A stretch of DNA of 64,000 nucleotides from Myxococcota bacterium (GTDB taxonomy: Bacteria > Myxococcota_A > UBA796 > UBA2385): positions 64,001 to 128,000 of the forward strand of contig JBIJDH010000017.1 in assembly GCA_044344255.1 (NCBI GenBank), given 5' to 3'. A model generated the notes under the pieces. It saw only the letters and a program-made list of their open reading frames with translations. It ran no database searches and was not told where the DNA came from. Positions within the stretch are counted from its first letter, which is position 1. Each line of letters begins with the position of its first letter. This document shows, one piece after another, positions 1 through 10,500 of the stretch. The position numbers and the translations under genes are program-made.

Positions 1-1
1 C

Positions 2-577
2 GCCGTGGCGGAGGACCGCCCCCTTCGGCGAGCCGGTCGAGCCCGAGGTGTAGAGGAGGACGGCGGTGGCCTCGGGATCATCGGGCAGGGGCCGCGCGTC
101 TCCGGGGGTCTCGGCCTCGGGCTCCACCCTCAGCTCCACCCAGCGCAGCGGCCGCCCGTCGGCGCGCAGCAGGGGGAGCAGGGGCTCGGCCAGGGCCCGC
201 GGGGCGAGGAGCAAGCGGGCATCGGCGTCCTCAGCCACCCGGAGCAGTGCGGCCCGGCCCGCCTCATCGGTCGGGGGATAGAGCGGCACGGCCACCGCAC
301 CCGACACCGCACAGGCGAAGAGGCCGACCGGCTGCTCGACCCCCGGGCCGGTGACGAGCAGGACCGCGGCCCCTTGGACCGCGCTCTGGCCGTCTGAGAG
401 GGCCTCCGACAGGGCCGCCGAGAGGGTCGCCCCGAGGGCGCGGGCGGCGCGGGACAGGCCGCGCGCGCCGAGTCGGGCGGCGGGCTCCCCGTGCAGATCG
501 AGGAAGGTGTAGAGCGGGCGGTCGGGCGCGGCCGGATCGGCGAGCAGCGCGGCGAGGCTCCGCGGTCGCGCGGTCAT
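2..577 (-). CDS. Second adenylate-forming enzyme, probably fatty acyl-AMP ligase (N-terminal part; runs off window start)
   Basis: Not in the ORF track. ATG at 577-575 overlaps the TGA of the upstream FAAL (ATGA). Manual translation gives MTARPRSLAALLADPAAPDRPLYTFLDLHG..., and LLYTSGSTGSPKG (58-20) lies in the same frame. Confidence 0.85.
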   Translation of the reverse strand, partial: MTARPRSLAALLADPAAPDRPLYTFLDLHGEPAARLGARGLSRAARALGATLSAALSEALSDGQSAVQGAAVLLVTGPGVEQPVGLFACAVSGAVAVPLYPPTDEAGRAALLRVAEDADARLLLAPRALAEPLLPLLRADGRPLRWVELRVEPEAETPGDARPLPDDPEATAVLLYTSGSTGSPKGAVLRHG

Positions 578-2301
578 TCGGCCGCCTCGAGCGCGCCGCC
601 CGACCAGCGCTCCCGACAGAGGCGCCGCTGCACCTTGCCGCTCGTGGTCTTCGGCACCTGTCCGGCGCGGACCAGCCGGATGTCGACGATGGGCAGCTCG
701 TGGCGCTCGCCGAGGGTCCGGCCGATGTGCCGACAGAGGGCGACCCGCTCGGGCGCCGACAAGGGGCTCCGAAGCTCCGCCACGACGACCACCCCTTCTC
801 GCTCGCCTTGATCGACCCCAAAGGCGGCGACAAAATTGCGCCGGATGGCGGGGTGGGCGTCCTCGACGCTGAGCTCGATGTCTTGGGGATAGTGGTTCTT
901 GCCGGCGACGATGATGACGTCCTTGTCCCGTCCGGTGATGAAGAGCTCGCCGTCTGTGTCGACGAAGCCGAGGTCTCCCGTGCGGAGGAAGCGCCTCGGG
1001 TCTCCCTCGAAGCGGGCCCCGAAGACGTCGGCGTCGGGCCGGCCCCAATAGGTCTCGGGGAACCAGGCCGCCGTCGAGCAGATCTCCCCCACCCGCCGCG
1101 GGGGGAGGGCGAGCCCGGTCTCCGTGTCCCGGATCTTCACCGACACACCCCCGAGCGGCTGGCCCGCCGACACGATGGCCCGCGCACCGGGCCCCTCCGA
1201 GGCCTGGACCCGCCCGAGGCTGAGGGCGGAGGGATCGAGGTTCAGCCGGCGGTGCGCCCGACCTCGCGGGGTGCTGGACACCGCGAGGGTGGCCTCGGCG
1301 AGCCCGTAGCCGGGCTGCATCACCTCGGCCCGAAAGCCATAGGGGCCGAATTTCGCCTGAAAGCGGTCGATCGTGGCCGCCCGCACCGGCTCGGCGGCGT
1401 TGAGGCTCATCGCCAAGCCAGAGAGGTCGAGGCCTGGGATAGAGCTGGGATCGACGTCATCGACGCAGAGGTCATAGGCGAAGTTGGGCGCCAGGGTGAA
1501 GGTCACCCTGTGTCGCGAGAGGGCGGCCAGCCACTCGCCGGGCGCCTTTACGAAGGCGGTCGGCCGGGCCAGCAGCAGGGGATAGCCCGTATAGAGCGCC
1601 TGGAGGGCGCCGAGCACGAGGCCAAGGTCGTGAAAGAGGGGGATCCAGCACAGCGCGCGGTCTGTCGCGCGGAGCGAGAAGCTGTGTTCGAGCGCCTCTC
1701 CCTGAAAGATGAGATCGCCGTGGCGCACGACGACGCCCTTGGGCGCGGAGGTCGAGCCCGACGTGTACTGGAGGAAGGCCACCTCCTCCGCCTGGGGATA
1801 ATGGTCGTCCCAGTCCTCACAGCGGCTGTCCGGCACCGCCTCGACCGCGATGCCCTGGATCCGGTCGAGCGCCGACGACAGGCCCGCCTCGGACCTCATC
1901 CGGGCGAGCAGGGGGGCGTCGGAGAGGGCGAAGGTCGCTCCGCAGTCCTCGATCACCCGCGAGAGGCGCAGGGCGTGTCGGGCGTGGGCGAGCGGGGGCA
2001 TCGGCACCGCCACCGCGCCCGCGTAGGCGCAGGCGAGGAATGACATGAGATAGTCGGGGTCATTCTCCAGGAGGATGAGCACCCGCTGGCCGGCCGCGCC
2101 GGTAGCCTGGAGGGTCGCGGCGAGGGCGCGCACCCGCCGGTCCAAGGCGGCCCAGGTGTAGGGGCGTCCGGGCTCTGTCCAGCGGGGGAGCCCGGTCAGG
2201 ATCACCCGCTCGGGCTGAGACTCGGCGCGGGTGCGCACGAGGTCGACGTAGCTGGTCCAGGGCAGACGTGAGAGGTCCGCCCGCGTGGCGCTGTGCACCA
2301 T
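574..2301 (-). CDS. Fatty acyl-AMP ligase (FAAL)
   Basis: Motifs FLQYTSGSTSAPKGV, WIPLFHDLGL, APNFAYDLC, PGYGLAEATL, RTGDLGF, GRDKDVII, PKTTSGKVQRR. Confidence 0.92.
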   Translation of the reverse strand: MVHSATRADLSRLPWTSYVDLVRTRAESQPERVILTGLPRWTEPGRPYTWAALDRRVRALAATLQATGAAGQRVLILLENDPDYLMSFLACAYAGAVAVPMPPLAHARHALRLSRVIEDCGATFALSDAPLLARMRSEAGLSSALDRIQGIAVEAVPDSRCEDWDDHYPQAEEVAFLQYTSGSTSAPKGVVVRHGDLIFQGEALEHSFSLRATDRALCWIPLFHDLGLVLGALQALYTGYPLLLARPTAFVKAPGEWLAALSRHRVTFTLAPNFAYDLCVDDVDPSSIPGLDLSGLAMSLNAAEPVRAATIDRFQAKFGPYGFRAEVMQPGYGLAEATLAVSSTPRGRAHRRLNLDPSALSLGRVQASEGPGARAIVSAGQPLGGVSVKIRDTETGLALPPRRVGEICSTAAWFPETYWGRPDADVFGARFEGDPRRFLRTGDLGFVDTDGELFITGRDKDVIIVAGKNHYPQDIELSVEDAHPAIRRNFVAAFGVDQGEREGVVVVAELRSPLSAPERVALCRHIGRTLGERHELPIVDIRLVRAGQVPKTTSGKVQRRLCRERWSGGALEAAE

Positions 2302-2380
2302 CGGTCACTCCGTGTTGGGTGACGAGGGTGTAGTGCGCCCTGCCCGCGGCTGTGGATTTACATTGGAAAAACTCGCGGCG

Positions 2381-5221
2381 CTATCGCCGCGCGGGCCCCT
2401 CATCGCCGGCCAGCGCGGCGAGGACCTGCCCCCGCACAGCGCGCTCGTCCAGGGCCCGCGCCGCCGCCCGCTGCTCCGGCGAGGGCGGCGTCGACCGCGG
2501 GTCTGACGCCGTCTCCCGGTCGATCTGGTCACAGAGCTCCAGAACCTCGTAGACCGGCGCGGCCTGCCGGAACCAGTCGAGGAGGGCGAGGAGCTCCGGC
2601 TGCGGGCGGAGGCGGAGGGCCCGCTGGAGCAGGGCGAGGGCGCCGAGGCGGGAGGACACCAGCAGCGAGGGCTCGGCCGCCCAGGCCAGGGGCTCCGCCG
2701 GCCCTGCCTCATCGGATGCCCACCACGACAGCGCCCCCATGAGCAGGCCCTGGTCAGGCACCCGGGCGAGCCCCCGCTCCGCCCACGCCCGCTCGATGTG
2801 GGGCCTGGCGAGGGCGCGGGGGAGGCGGAGCCAGGCGATGACCGCCCGGTTGGCGCTGGGGAGGAAGCGCGCGCCCTCATCGCCGAGCTCACGGCCGAGG
2901 GCCTCGGCATCGTCCAGCATGCGGAAGGCCCGATCGAGCTCCCCTTCGAGCCCGAGCACCATGCCGACGCCGAGCAGCGCTCCGTGCTCCGCGCGCCGGT
3001 GGCCCTCGTGGCGGCTCAGGCGGAGCCCCTCCTCGAGCCCCTGGCGCGCCTCGGCGAGGTGACCCGCCGCCCGCTCGACCAGGCTGAGGTTGTTGAGGAT
3101 CACGCAGGTAGACTCCGTCGTCCCGACCCGACGGCTGAGGGTGAGGCACTCCCGATAGAAGCGGGACGCCGTGTCGGAGTCACCGCGCAGCCGGGCGATG
3201 TTGCCGAGACCGTTGAGCGCGGGGAGGGCCACCGACGGGTTCTCGATGCGGTCGGCGAGGCGCACCGACTCGGCGTAGAGGCGGCGCGCCTCCTCGAGCT
3301 GGTTCTGCTCGTAGAGCGCGGTGCCCCACGACATCAGCAGGCTCACCACATATCCAGGGGCGCGGGCCGCCCGCGCCACCTCGATGAGCTCCGGCAAGCG
3401 CGCCAGGATGCCGGCGGGATCGCATCGCCAGCCGCTCTCGCTGAGCTGGTGGACGATCCGCGCCCGGTGGTACGGATCGACCTCGTGGCGGAGGGCCTCG
3501 TCGAGCTCGCTCATCGCGTCGGCGGCCCGACCGCGGTCCATCGCGGTTCGGCCGAGGGCGAGGGCGCGCTCCGTTCGGAGACCGGGGGCCGTGGCGCCCG
3601 GAGCCTGGCCGAGGACCTGCAGCCGCTCCCAGTCCGCGGCGGCGCCGTCGGGGCGCGGGGGGTTCTGGAGAGCGATGTACTCCCAGCGCAGGGCCTCCGG
3701 GCGGCCGAAGGTGGCGGCGGCCTGGGCGGCGGCGAGCAGGGCGCGGCGCACGAGGGCCGACTCCGCGCGGGCCCAGGCCCACGCAGCGAAGCCGGTCGTG
3801 GCGCGGGAGAGCAGCGCCCAGTCGCCCTCCAGCACCGCGTCGTCCCAGGCGGCGAGCAGATCGGCGCGGAGGGGGGCCATGGCGCGGACGGCGGCCCGCT
3901 GATCGGGGCCGACAAAGCTCGCCTGGAGCTCGATGAGGCGCCCGAGGAACCAGCGGCGGTGCCGCTCCTGGACCGCGGGCCTGCCCTCGAGGCGGGCGGC
4001 GAGCTGTGTCCGCAGCATGGGGTGGAGAGACCAGCGGCCGCCCTCTCCGCAGCTCAGGAGCGAGCGGCCGCCGAGGGTGTCGAGCTCGGCGGCGCTGAGG
4101 CCTGCGACCTCGGCGGCGGCCTCCTCATCGAAGGTGCCCCGCAGCACGGACAGCGCGGCGGCCGGCGCCCGGAGGCCCACGGGGAGGCTGGCCCAGGTGC
4201 GCCCGAAGGACCCTGCGAATCCTCGCTGCTCTCCCACGCCGTCGATCACGGCGCGAAGGCCCTGGTCCTGGGCGACCGCCGCCGCGAGCGCGATGCCGAG
4301 CGGGAGCCCCCCGAGGCGCTCCGCGAGCTCGGCGATGGCCATCTCCTCTTCGACGTCGGGGATCCATGCGGGGCGCCCGTGGCAAAGGCGCTGCCGGAGC
4401 AGGGAGGCCGCCGCCGCGGGCTCCAAGGGGCCGAGGCGCAGGAGGAGCTCGCCGGGGAAGTCGAGGCTGGCCCGCGAGGTCATCACGACGCCGAGGCCCG
4501 GATCGCGGGCGCAGAGCCGCTGAAAGACCGCGCCCAGGCCGAGGACGCTCTCGAGGTTGTCGAGGATGACGAGCAGCCGCCGTTCGAAGAGGATCCGCCC
4601 GAGCAGGGCCTCGGCGCCCCGCTGCGAGGAGGGGACGCTGCCGAGGGCCTGCAGGACGGTGAGCAGCGCCTCCTCCTCCTCCCGTTGGGCGCTGAGGTCG
4701 ACCCAGAGGACCCCCGAGAAGCGCGGCGCCTGCTCCGCTCGCCGCGCGAGGGCCCGCGCAAGGGCGGTCTTGCCGACCCCGCCGATGCCGACGACGCTCA
4801 GCCAGGGCTCATTGCCCGCCAGCCAGCGGTCGAGGAAGGCCAGCGCCTCCCCGCGGCCGAAGAGCTCGGCGTCCGGCGTGGGGGCCGGGAGCAGCGCCTC
4901 CTCGCGCACCCCGGTGAGCCGGTAGCCTTGGGCGCGGATGGACTGCAAGCAGGCGCCCGCTGGCTCGAGCTTGCGGCGGAGGTTGGACAGCGTGACATCG
5001 ACCACCCGCGTCCGGGTGGAGGGCGAGTATTGCCAGACCTCGACGAGCAGCTCGTCGCGGCTCACGTCCTCGTCGCGGCGCCGGGCGAGGTGGCGCAGCG
5101 CCTGGAGCTCCTTCGGGCGGAGGAGCTCCGCCTTGGCGGCCCCGCCGACCAGCCCGCTGTCGAGGTCGACGGTCACGGTGAGGGCGGCGCTGGAGCCGAT
5201 GTCGAGGCGGAGGATGGCCAT
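2381..5221 (-). CDS. OmpR-type winged-helix + STAND (NB-ARC-like) NTPase + TPR transcriptional regulator
   Basis: N-terminal wHTH (VSRDELLVEVW...TRVVDVTLSNLRRKL...GYRL), Walker A GIGGVGKT, Walker B LLVILDNLE, GGLPLGIALAA motif, C-terminal TPR-like repeats (ALNGLGNIARLRG, ILNNLSLV). Confidence 0.88.
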   Translation of the reverse strand: MAILRLDIGSSAALTVTVDLDSGLVGGAAKAELLRPKELQALRHLARRRDEDVSRDELLVEVWQYSPSTRTRVVDVTLSNLRRKLEPAGACLQSIRAQGYRLTGVREEALLPAPTPDAELFGRGEALAFLDRWLAGNEPWLSVVGIGGVGKTALARALARRAEQAPRFSGVLWVDLSAQREEEEALLTVLQALGSVPSSQRGAEALLGRILFERRLLVILDNLESVLGLGAVFQRLCARDPGLGVVMTSRASLDFPGELLLRLGPLEPAAAASLLRQRLCHGRPAWIPDVEEEMAIAELAERLGGLPLGIALAAAVAQDQGLRAVIDGVGEQRGFAGSFGRTWASLPVGLRAPAAALSVLRGTFDEEAAAEVAGLSAAELDTLGGRSLLSCGEGGRWSLHPMLRTQLAARLEGRPAVQERHRRWFLGRLIELQASFVGPDQRAAVRAMAPLRADLLAAWDDAVLEGDWALLSRATTGFAAWAWARAESALVRRALLAAAQAAATFGRPEALRWEYIALQNPPRPDGAAADWERLQVLGQAPGATAPGLRTERALALGRTAMDRGRAADAMSELDEALRHEVDPYHRARIVHQLSESGWRCDPAGILARLPELIEVARAARAPGYVVSLLMSWGTALYEQNQLEEARRLYAESVRLADRIENPSVALPALNGLGNIARLRGDSDTASRFYRECLTLSRRVGTTESTCVILNNLSLVERAAGHLAEARQGLEEGLRLSRHEGHRRAEHGALLGVGMVLGLEGELDRAFRMLDDAEALGRELGDEGARFLPSANRAVIAWLRLPRALARPHIERAWAERGLARVPDQGLLMGALSWWASDEAGPAEPLAWAAEPSLLVSSRLGALALLQRALRLRPQPELLALLDWFRQAAPVYEVLELCDQIDRETASDPRSTPPSPEQRAAARALDERAVRGQVLAALAGDEGPARR

Positions 5222-5267
5222 GGCGGGGTGGCGCCTAACGCGCCGCGGTCTCGAGGGCGCCGAGCTG

Positions 5268-5283
5268 AAGTTGTATACAACTT
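5268..5283. promoter_or_regulatory. Perfect 16-bp palindrome AAGTTGTATACAACTT, candidate operator
   Basis: AT-rich perfect inverted repeat in the 162-bp gap between divergent genes, in a very GC-rich background. Confidence 0.6.
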
Positions 5284-5383
5284 GTGAACGGCCCGGGCTG
5301 GACCGCCGCAGTACGGAGCGCCATCAAAAGCGGCCCCATAATCCCTCCCACCACCCCGGCAGACCCGCGGGGCTGGAGCACCT

Positions 5384-7531
5384 ATGTCTCCGTTCATCTT
5401 GCTCGCGCTGCTCCCTGCCCAAGCTGCAGAGGAGGTCATCTTCAGCAACTCCGCAGGGTGTACGCTGGTGGCCGATGGCACTCGACTGATCGTACGCGGG
5501 TGCAATCTTGAGGTACAGAACGGCTCGGGCTCGACGACCACCAGCAATGGGCTCGGCAACGTCATCGTCGGATACAACACCTCCGACGCCGCTGACCTCC
5601 GTACGGGCTCTCACAATGTCGTGGTGGGCGATCTCAACGACTACCAGAGCACCGCCGGAATCGTCGCTGGCTACGACAATACGCTCAAGGGCACTCACTC
5701 CGTGCTCGCAGGCGGCTCGAAGAACAAGGTCTACACGAGCTACAGCGCGACCCTCGGCGGCCGCCAGAACACGGTGAGCACCCAGACCTACGCGGTGGCA
5801 GTGGGCGGCCGACTGAACACGGTGAGCGGCCAGTTCGCCACGGTCATGGGCGGCGATACAAACTCCGTGACGGGGAAGTGGGGCACGGCGGTGGGCGGGA
5901 TGTCCACCGCGATGAGCACCGTCTCCGGCACGCAGCTCGGCGGCATCACCACCACGGAGCTGGACGACACCGCGTTGGACCTCGCCGTGCTCGACAGCTC
6001 GGTGTCGGCGCTGGAGCTCAATGACCTCGACCAGGACAGCACCCTCGCCGATCACGAGACCCGCCTTGGCCTCGCCGAGGCCTGGCTCGCCGCGCTCGAC
6101 GCCACCACATCCACTCTCGGCGAGTCCTTCTCCGGAGTGACCGCCTCAGTCTCAGCGCTGACCACTGACCTCTCCTCCCTGGCCGGCGTCGTCGGGCAGG
6201 TGTCCACCGACCTCTCGGCCCTCAGCTTGTCTGTCGGTGACGCCCTCCTCGACATCGTCACGCTCCAGTCTTCCGTCGCCGCGCTCGAGAGCGACCTCGC
6301 GGCGACAGACCTCTCCGGGATCAACGAGCTGCTCGCCTTCGTCCGCGTTGACACCGCCGGAGACGTGGTCTTCGAGGGCACCAACCTTCGTGTCGAGAGC
6401 GGGACCGGCAACACCTGGTCGGCTCCGAATGGGAAGGGGAACCTCATCATCGGCTACGACGAGGACAGCACCCTCGGCGACTGTGCGGGCTACGGCGTCG
6501 ACAAGACCGGCTCCCACAACCTCGTGATGGGGGCATGCAACGAGTATGCCGGCTACGCCGGCCTCGTCGGGGGAGCATTCAACCGGATCAGCGATGGATA
6601 TTCGGCGGTGGTCACCGGCAACTACAACGACGCCACCGGAGCTTATAGCGCCGTCCTGACCGGCAACGCCAATGACGCCACAGGGGCCTTTGGCGCGATC
6701 GTCTCCGGCTCGGCGAACACCGCATCCTCTACCGGAGGCGCCGTCCTCTCGGGCTACGGCAACGACGCGACCTACGGGATCTACAACGCGGTGCTGGGCG
6801 GACAGAACAACACAGCCTCGGGCAACTACGCCTCGGTCGGGGGCGGGATGGACAACATCGCCTCCGGGACCGCCGCGGCGATCGGCGCGGGCTGGGCCAA
6901 CACCGCCTCCAACCACACCTCCTCGGTCACGGGAGGGGCAGGCAACCTCGCGAGCGGGGTGACCTCCGTGGTGGCATCCGGCTCTGGTAACCAGTCAGAC
7001 TGTGGGCAGTGTGCGGTGCTCGGCGGCTATGAGAACGACACGACAGGTGGATTCTACGCCACCGCCGCCGTGGTCGTGGGCGGTCGCTCCAACACCGCGG
7101 ACGGATACTACGCGGTCGCGCTGGGCGGCTATTTGAACAAGGCAGACTGGACCTACTCTACGGCGGTCGGAGGGACCGAGAACCTCGCGACCGGCCAATA
7201 CAGCGTCGCGGTGGGCGGCGAGGAGAACGACGCCAACGGTGACTACACCGTGGCGGTGGGTGGCTTCAACAACACCGCCTGGGGAGCCTACGCATCCACC
7301 CTTACAGGTATCTCGAATGACGCGTCCGGCGCGTACTCCGCGGTCCTCGGGGGGAGCCAGAACGACGCGATCGGCAACTACGCGCTCGTGGGCGCCGGCT
7401 TCAGCAATCAAGCCTGGGCAGAGTACTCGGCGGTCCTCAATGGAGGTTCCAACATCTCCAACGGATATGCCGCCACGATCCTCGGTGGAAGCGGGGTCAG
7501 CACCACCACCTCCTACGCCGTCACCCCCTGA
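5384..7531 (+). CDS. Secreted Gly/Asn-repeat protein (trimeric adhesin-head-like repeats with coiled coil)
   Basis: Signal peptide MSPFILLALLPAQA; duplicated NGxGN(V/L)I(V/I)GY...TGSHN(V/L)V module; many ~14-aa AxGxYSxVxGGxxN repeats; heptad-like segment; GGAG RBS upstream. Confidence 0.75.
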   Translation: MSPFILLALLPAQAAEEVIFSNSAGCTLVADGTRLIVRGCNLEVQNGSGSTTTSNGLGNVIVGYNTSDAADLRTGSHNVVVGDLNDYQSTAGIVAGYDNTLKGTHSVLAGGSKNKVYTSYSATLGGRQNTVSTQTYAVAVGGRLNTVSGQFATVMGGDTNSVTGKWGTAVGGMSTAMSTVSGTQLGGITTTELDDTALDLAVLDSSVSALELNDLDQDSTLADHETRLGLAEAWLAALDATTSTLGESFSGVTASVSALTTDLSSLAGVVGQVSTDLSALSLSVGDALLDIVTLQSSVAALESDLAATDLSGINELLAFVRVDTAGDVVFEGTNLRVESGTGNTWSAPNGKGNLIIGYDEDSTLGDCAGYGVDKTGSHNLVMGACNEYAGYAGLVGGAFNRISDGYSAVVTGNYNDATGAYSAVLTGNANDATGAFGAIVSGSANTASSTGGAVLSGYGNDATYGIYNAVLGGQNNTASGNYASVGGGMDNIASGTAAAIGAGWANTASNHTSSVTGGAGNLASGVTSVVASGSGNQSDCGQCAVLGGYENDTTGGFYATAAVVVGGRSNTADGYYAVALGGYLNKADWTYSTAVGGTENLATGQYSVAVGGEENDANGDYTVAVGGFNNTAWGAYASTLTGISNDASGAYSAVLGGSQNDAIGNYALVGAGFSNQAWAEYSAVLNGGSNISNGYAATILGGSGVSTTTSYAVTP

Positions 7532-7591
7532 TCGCGGAGACGGTGCCGCACGGTGCCGCGGACGCTGATAGCTCGGCACCTGCGGCCGCGC

Positions 7592-10500
7592 TCAGCGGAG
7601 CGAGCCGTAGACCCCTACGCGGCCCCGATTGGGAGAGACGTCCGGGGAGGCCGCCAAGCGTGCCCGGGCGAGCGCGAGGATGCGTTCTGGAGCGAGCTCC
7701 GTGACCGTGACGGCAGCGTCGTCTGACCAGGCGAGGAGGCGCTGGCCGTCGGGGCTCCAGGCGAGGGCGTACACCAAACCGGGGGTCCGTTCGAGGGTCT
7801 CCTGCCGCGCCCCGCCGAGGTCAAAGCGCTCGAGACGGTTGTTCCCCGTCGCCAGCACGAGGGAGCGACCGTCGGGCGTGAAGCGCGCGGCGGTCACAAG
7901 CCCCCCGACGATCTCGTACCGAGCGATCTCCTCTCCGTCGAGTCCCCACAGGCGGGCCACGCCCTCATGCCCGGCGGTGAGCACGTGGGCGCCGTCGGGC
8001 GACCGCTGCACATCGACCAGCGCGCCCTCATGCCCGACGAGCCTCGCGGAGACAGTGCCATCGGGGCGCCACAGCTCCGCCTCGCCCGTCGGCCCGCTGA
8101 CGAGGAGCAGCCCCCGGTCGGACAGGGCGAGCGAGGCCGGCCTCACGCTCACGCCGTCCTGCGCCCGAATCAAGCGCCCCCCGAGACCGAGGAGGCGAAG
8201 GCTGTGCGCCGCAGTGACGAAGGCGCCCTCACCGAAGCCACCGATGGCACCGACAGGCTCGCCCGTCGGCGGCGACGCCCAGGCCGGCACACCGCTGGGG
8301 GTCCAGGATCGGACTGATCCGTCCTCGTGACCCGTCCAGAGCTCGCCCGCCCCGCTCCGCCCGATCGCGCCGATCGCGGCGGCCGAGGCCGCGGTCCAGC
8401 GGGGTGCCCCCTCGGCGTCATAGGCGTGGAGCCGACCGTCCCCAGCGCCGACGAAGAGCCCCCCGTCGGCGTCGAAGAAGAGCCGGCGGGCCTCGGGGAC
8501 CAGGGTCGCGCCGAGGCTCCGACCCTCCTCCGTCCAGCGCTCGATCCGCCCGTCCGCGGAGGCGGTGACGAAGACCGGCCCCCCCGGCCCAACGGCGGCG
8601 TCCCGAAAGGGCCCTCCATTGCTCACCAGCGTCGCCACGAGCGCTCCCTGCTCCGTGTCCCAGATTCGAGCGAATCGGTCGCCGGACAGGGTGAGGGCCC
8701 GGCGACCGTCGGGGGTGACCAGGACACGGTCGACGATACGCTCCGTCGGATAGGAAAATCCGAGCGTGGTCCCGTTCGGGGACCACATCTCTTCGCGTCG
8801 CCGATCCACCTCGAGCGAGGGGCGGACGCCTTCACCGGGGAGGTATCGGCCGAGCGCCACCTCAACCCGACGATCTTTCAACCTCACCAAACTCGCCTCG
8901 TCGAGGCGCCACCTCCGGAGCACCCCGTCCTGCCCGGCCGTGAAGATGCTCTCCCCATCGGATGACCAGACAACCTGGGACACCCACCCCACATGACCGG
9001 CCAGCGTCGAGAGGAGGTCGCCGGAGAGGGTCCACAGGCGCACCCGGGCGTCGTCCGAGGCGGTCACCAACGCGTGCCCGTCCGGAGAGAAGGCCGCGTC
9101 CGTGATGCGGCCGAGGTGATCGCCGAGCGCAGTGGTGGCCACGCCATCCTGCCAGATCCGCGCGGTGCGGTCATAGGCCCCAGTGACGAAGGTCCGACCG
9201 CCCGGGGCGAAGCGGAGCAGGGTCACGGGCCCAGTGTGCCCCGCGAGCAGGCCCATCGCCCGCCCCTCGGGGCTCCATCGGTGAACGAAACCTTCCATTC
9301 GACCGAATGTATACAGGCTCTTCGAGTCAGAGGAAAACTCAAGATCGACCACGAAGCGGGGAGCGGCCTGAATCCGCCCGATCACCGAACCTCCCCGCCC
9401 GAAGACCGTGACCCTGCCTCCGTCGTCGCTGAGCGCGATGAGCTGCTGATCGGGGCTGACCTCCACCACTCTCCCTCCAGGGCGGTGCACAAGCACCGGA
9501 CCGCCGACGAGCGAGATCTCCGCCCAGGCCGACTCTGTCACCGCGAAGACGGAGGCGCCTCCGGGCATCATCGAGAGCCGCAACACGTAGCTTGGAGACG
9601 CCCACAGCACCGCCGAAGAACCGTCCCCGATTGTCCACAGACGCACGGTTCCGTCCGCCCCATTCGACACCAAACGCCGTCCATCTGAGGTGTAAGCGAC
9701 CTCGAAGACCGCGCCCGCGTGCCCGCGCAAGACCGCGACCGAGCTGCCCGCCTCTGTCCACACCCGGATGGTCCCGTCCATCCCCCAGGTCGCGAGCTCC
9801 CCCCCGCCGGGGCGCATGGCCACTCCATTGATCAGCCCCTCATGGCCGACCATCGCCCGATCCACCCACGGCACGGCCATGGACTCTCGGAGCGCGGTCA
9901 GGCTCGCGGGGGAGCGGTCGGCCTCCACCGCGGCGAGGGCGAGGGCGAGGGCCTCCCGGTTGTCCCAAGCGAGGGCACCCGAGGACTCGAGGGCGAGGGC
10001 CCGGGCGGTGGTCTCCCTCCGCGCGGACTCGGCCGCGGCGGCGGCCAGCTCGGCCTCCTCGGTGCGGGCCCGATAGGCGATCATGCCGACGGTCGTCAGC
10101 GCGGCGAGCAGGAGGGCCCCTGCGATGACGCCCAGCCGAACGCGGCGGCGACGGAGCCCGGCTCGCTCGGTCAGGGCCTGCCCCGCGGTGATGAAGGCCA
10201 CCAGCAGTGGATCGGCGCCGCGCGCGCGGGAGGTGCTGGCCGCGACATGCAGGGCCTCATCCCGCCACAGCAGCCCGTCGGGTCGCCCTTGGTCATCCCA
10301 GTGGCGGGCCGCAGCGGCGATCCGCTCCCGAATGACCTGTTGGTCCCGATCCTGATCGATCCACGAGACCAGCCGACCCCAGACCCGGACGAGGGCCTCA
10401 TGGGAGAGCTCGACGTAGGCCCGACCCTCGACCCGACGCGCCACCAACAGCCGCCCAGCCACGAGCTGATCGAGGACCCTCCCCGCGGAGTCGGGTGACC

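Noticed and set aside
5384..7531. Prophage tail fibre
   Set aside because: It has a Sec-type signal peptide, and there are no phage structural, integrase or lysis genes nearby.
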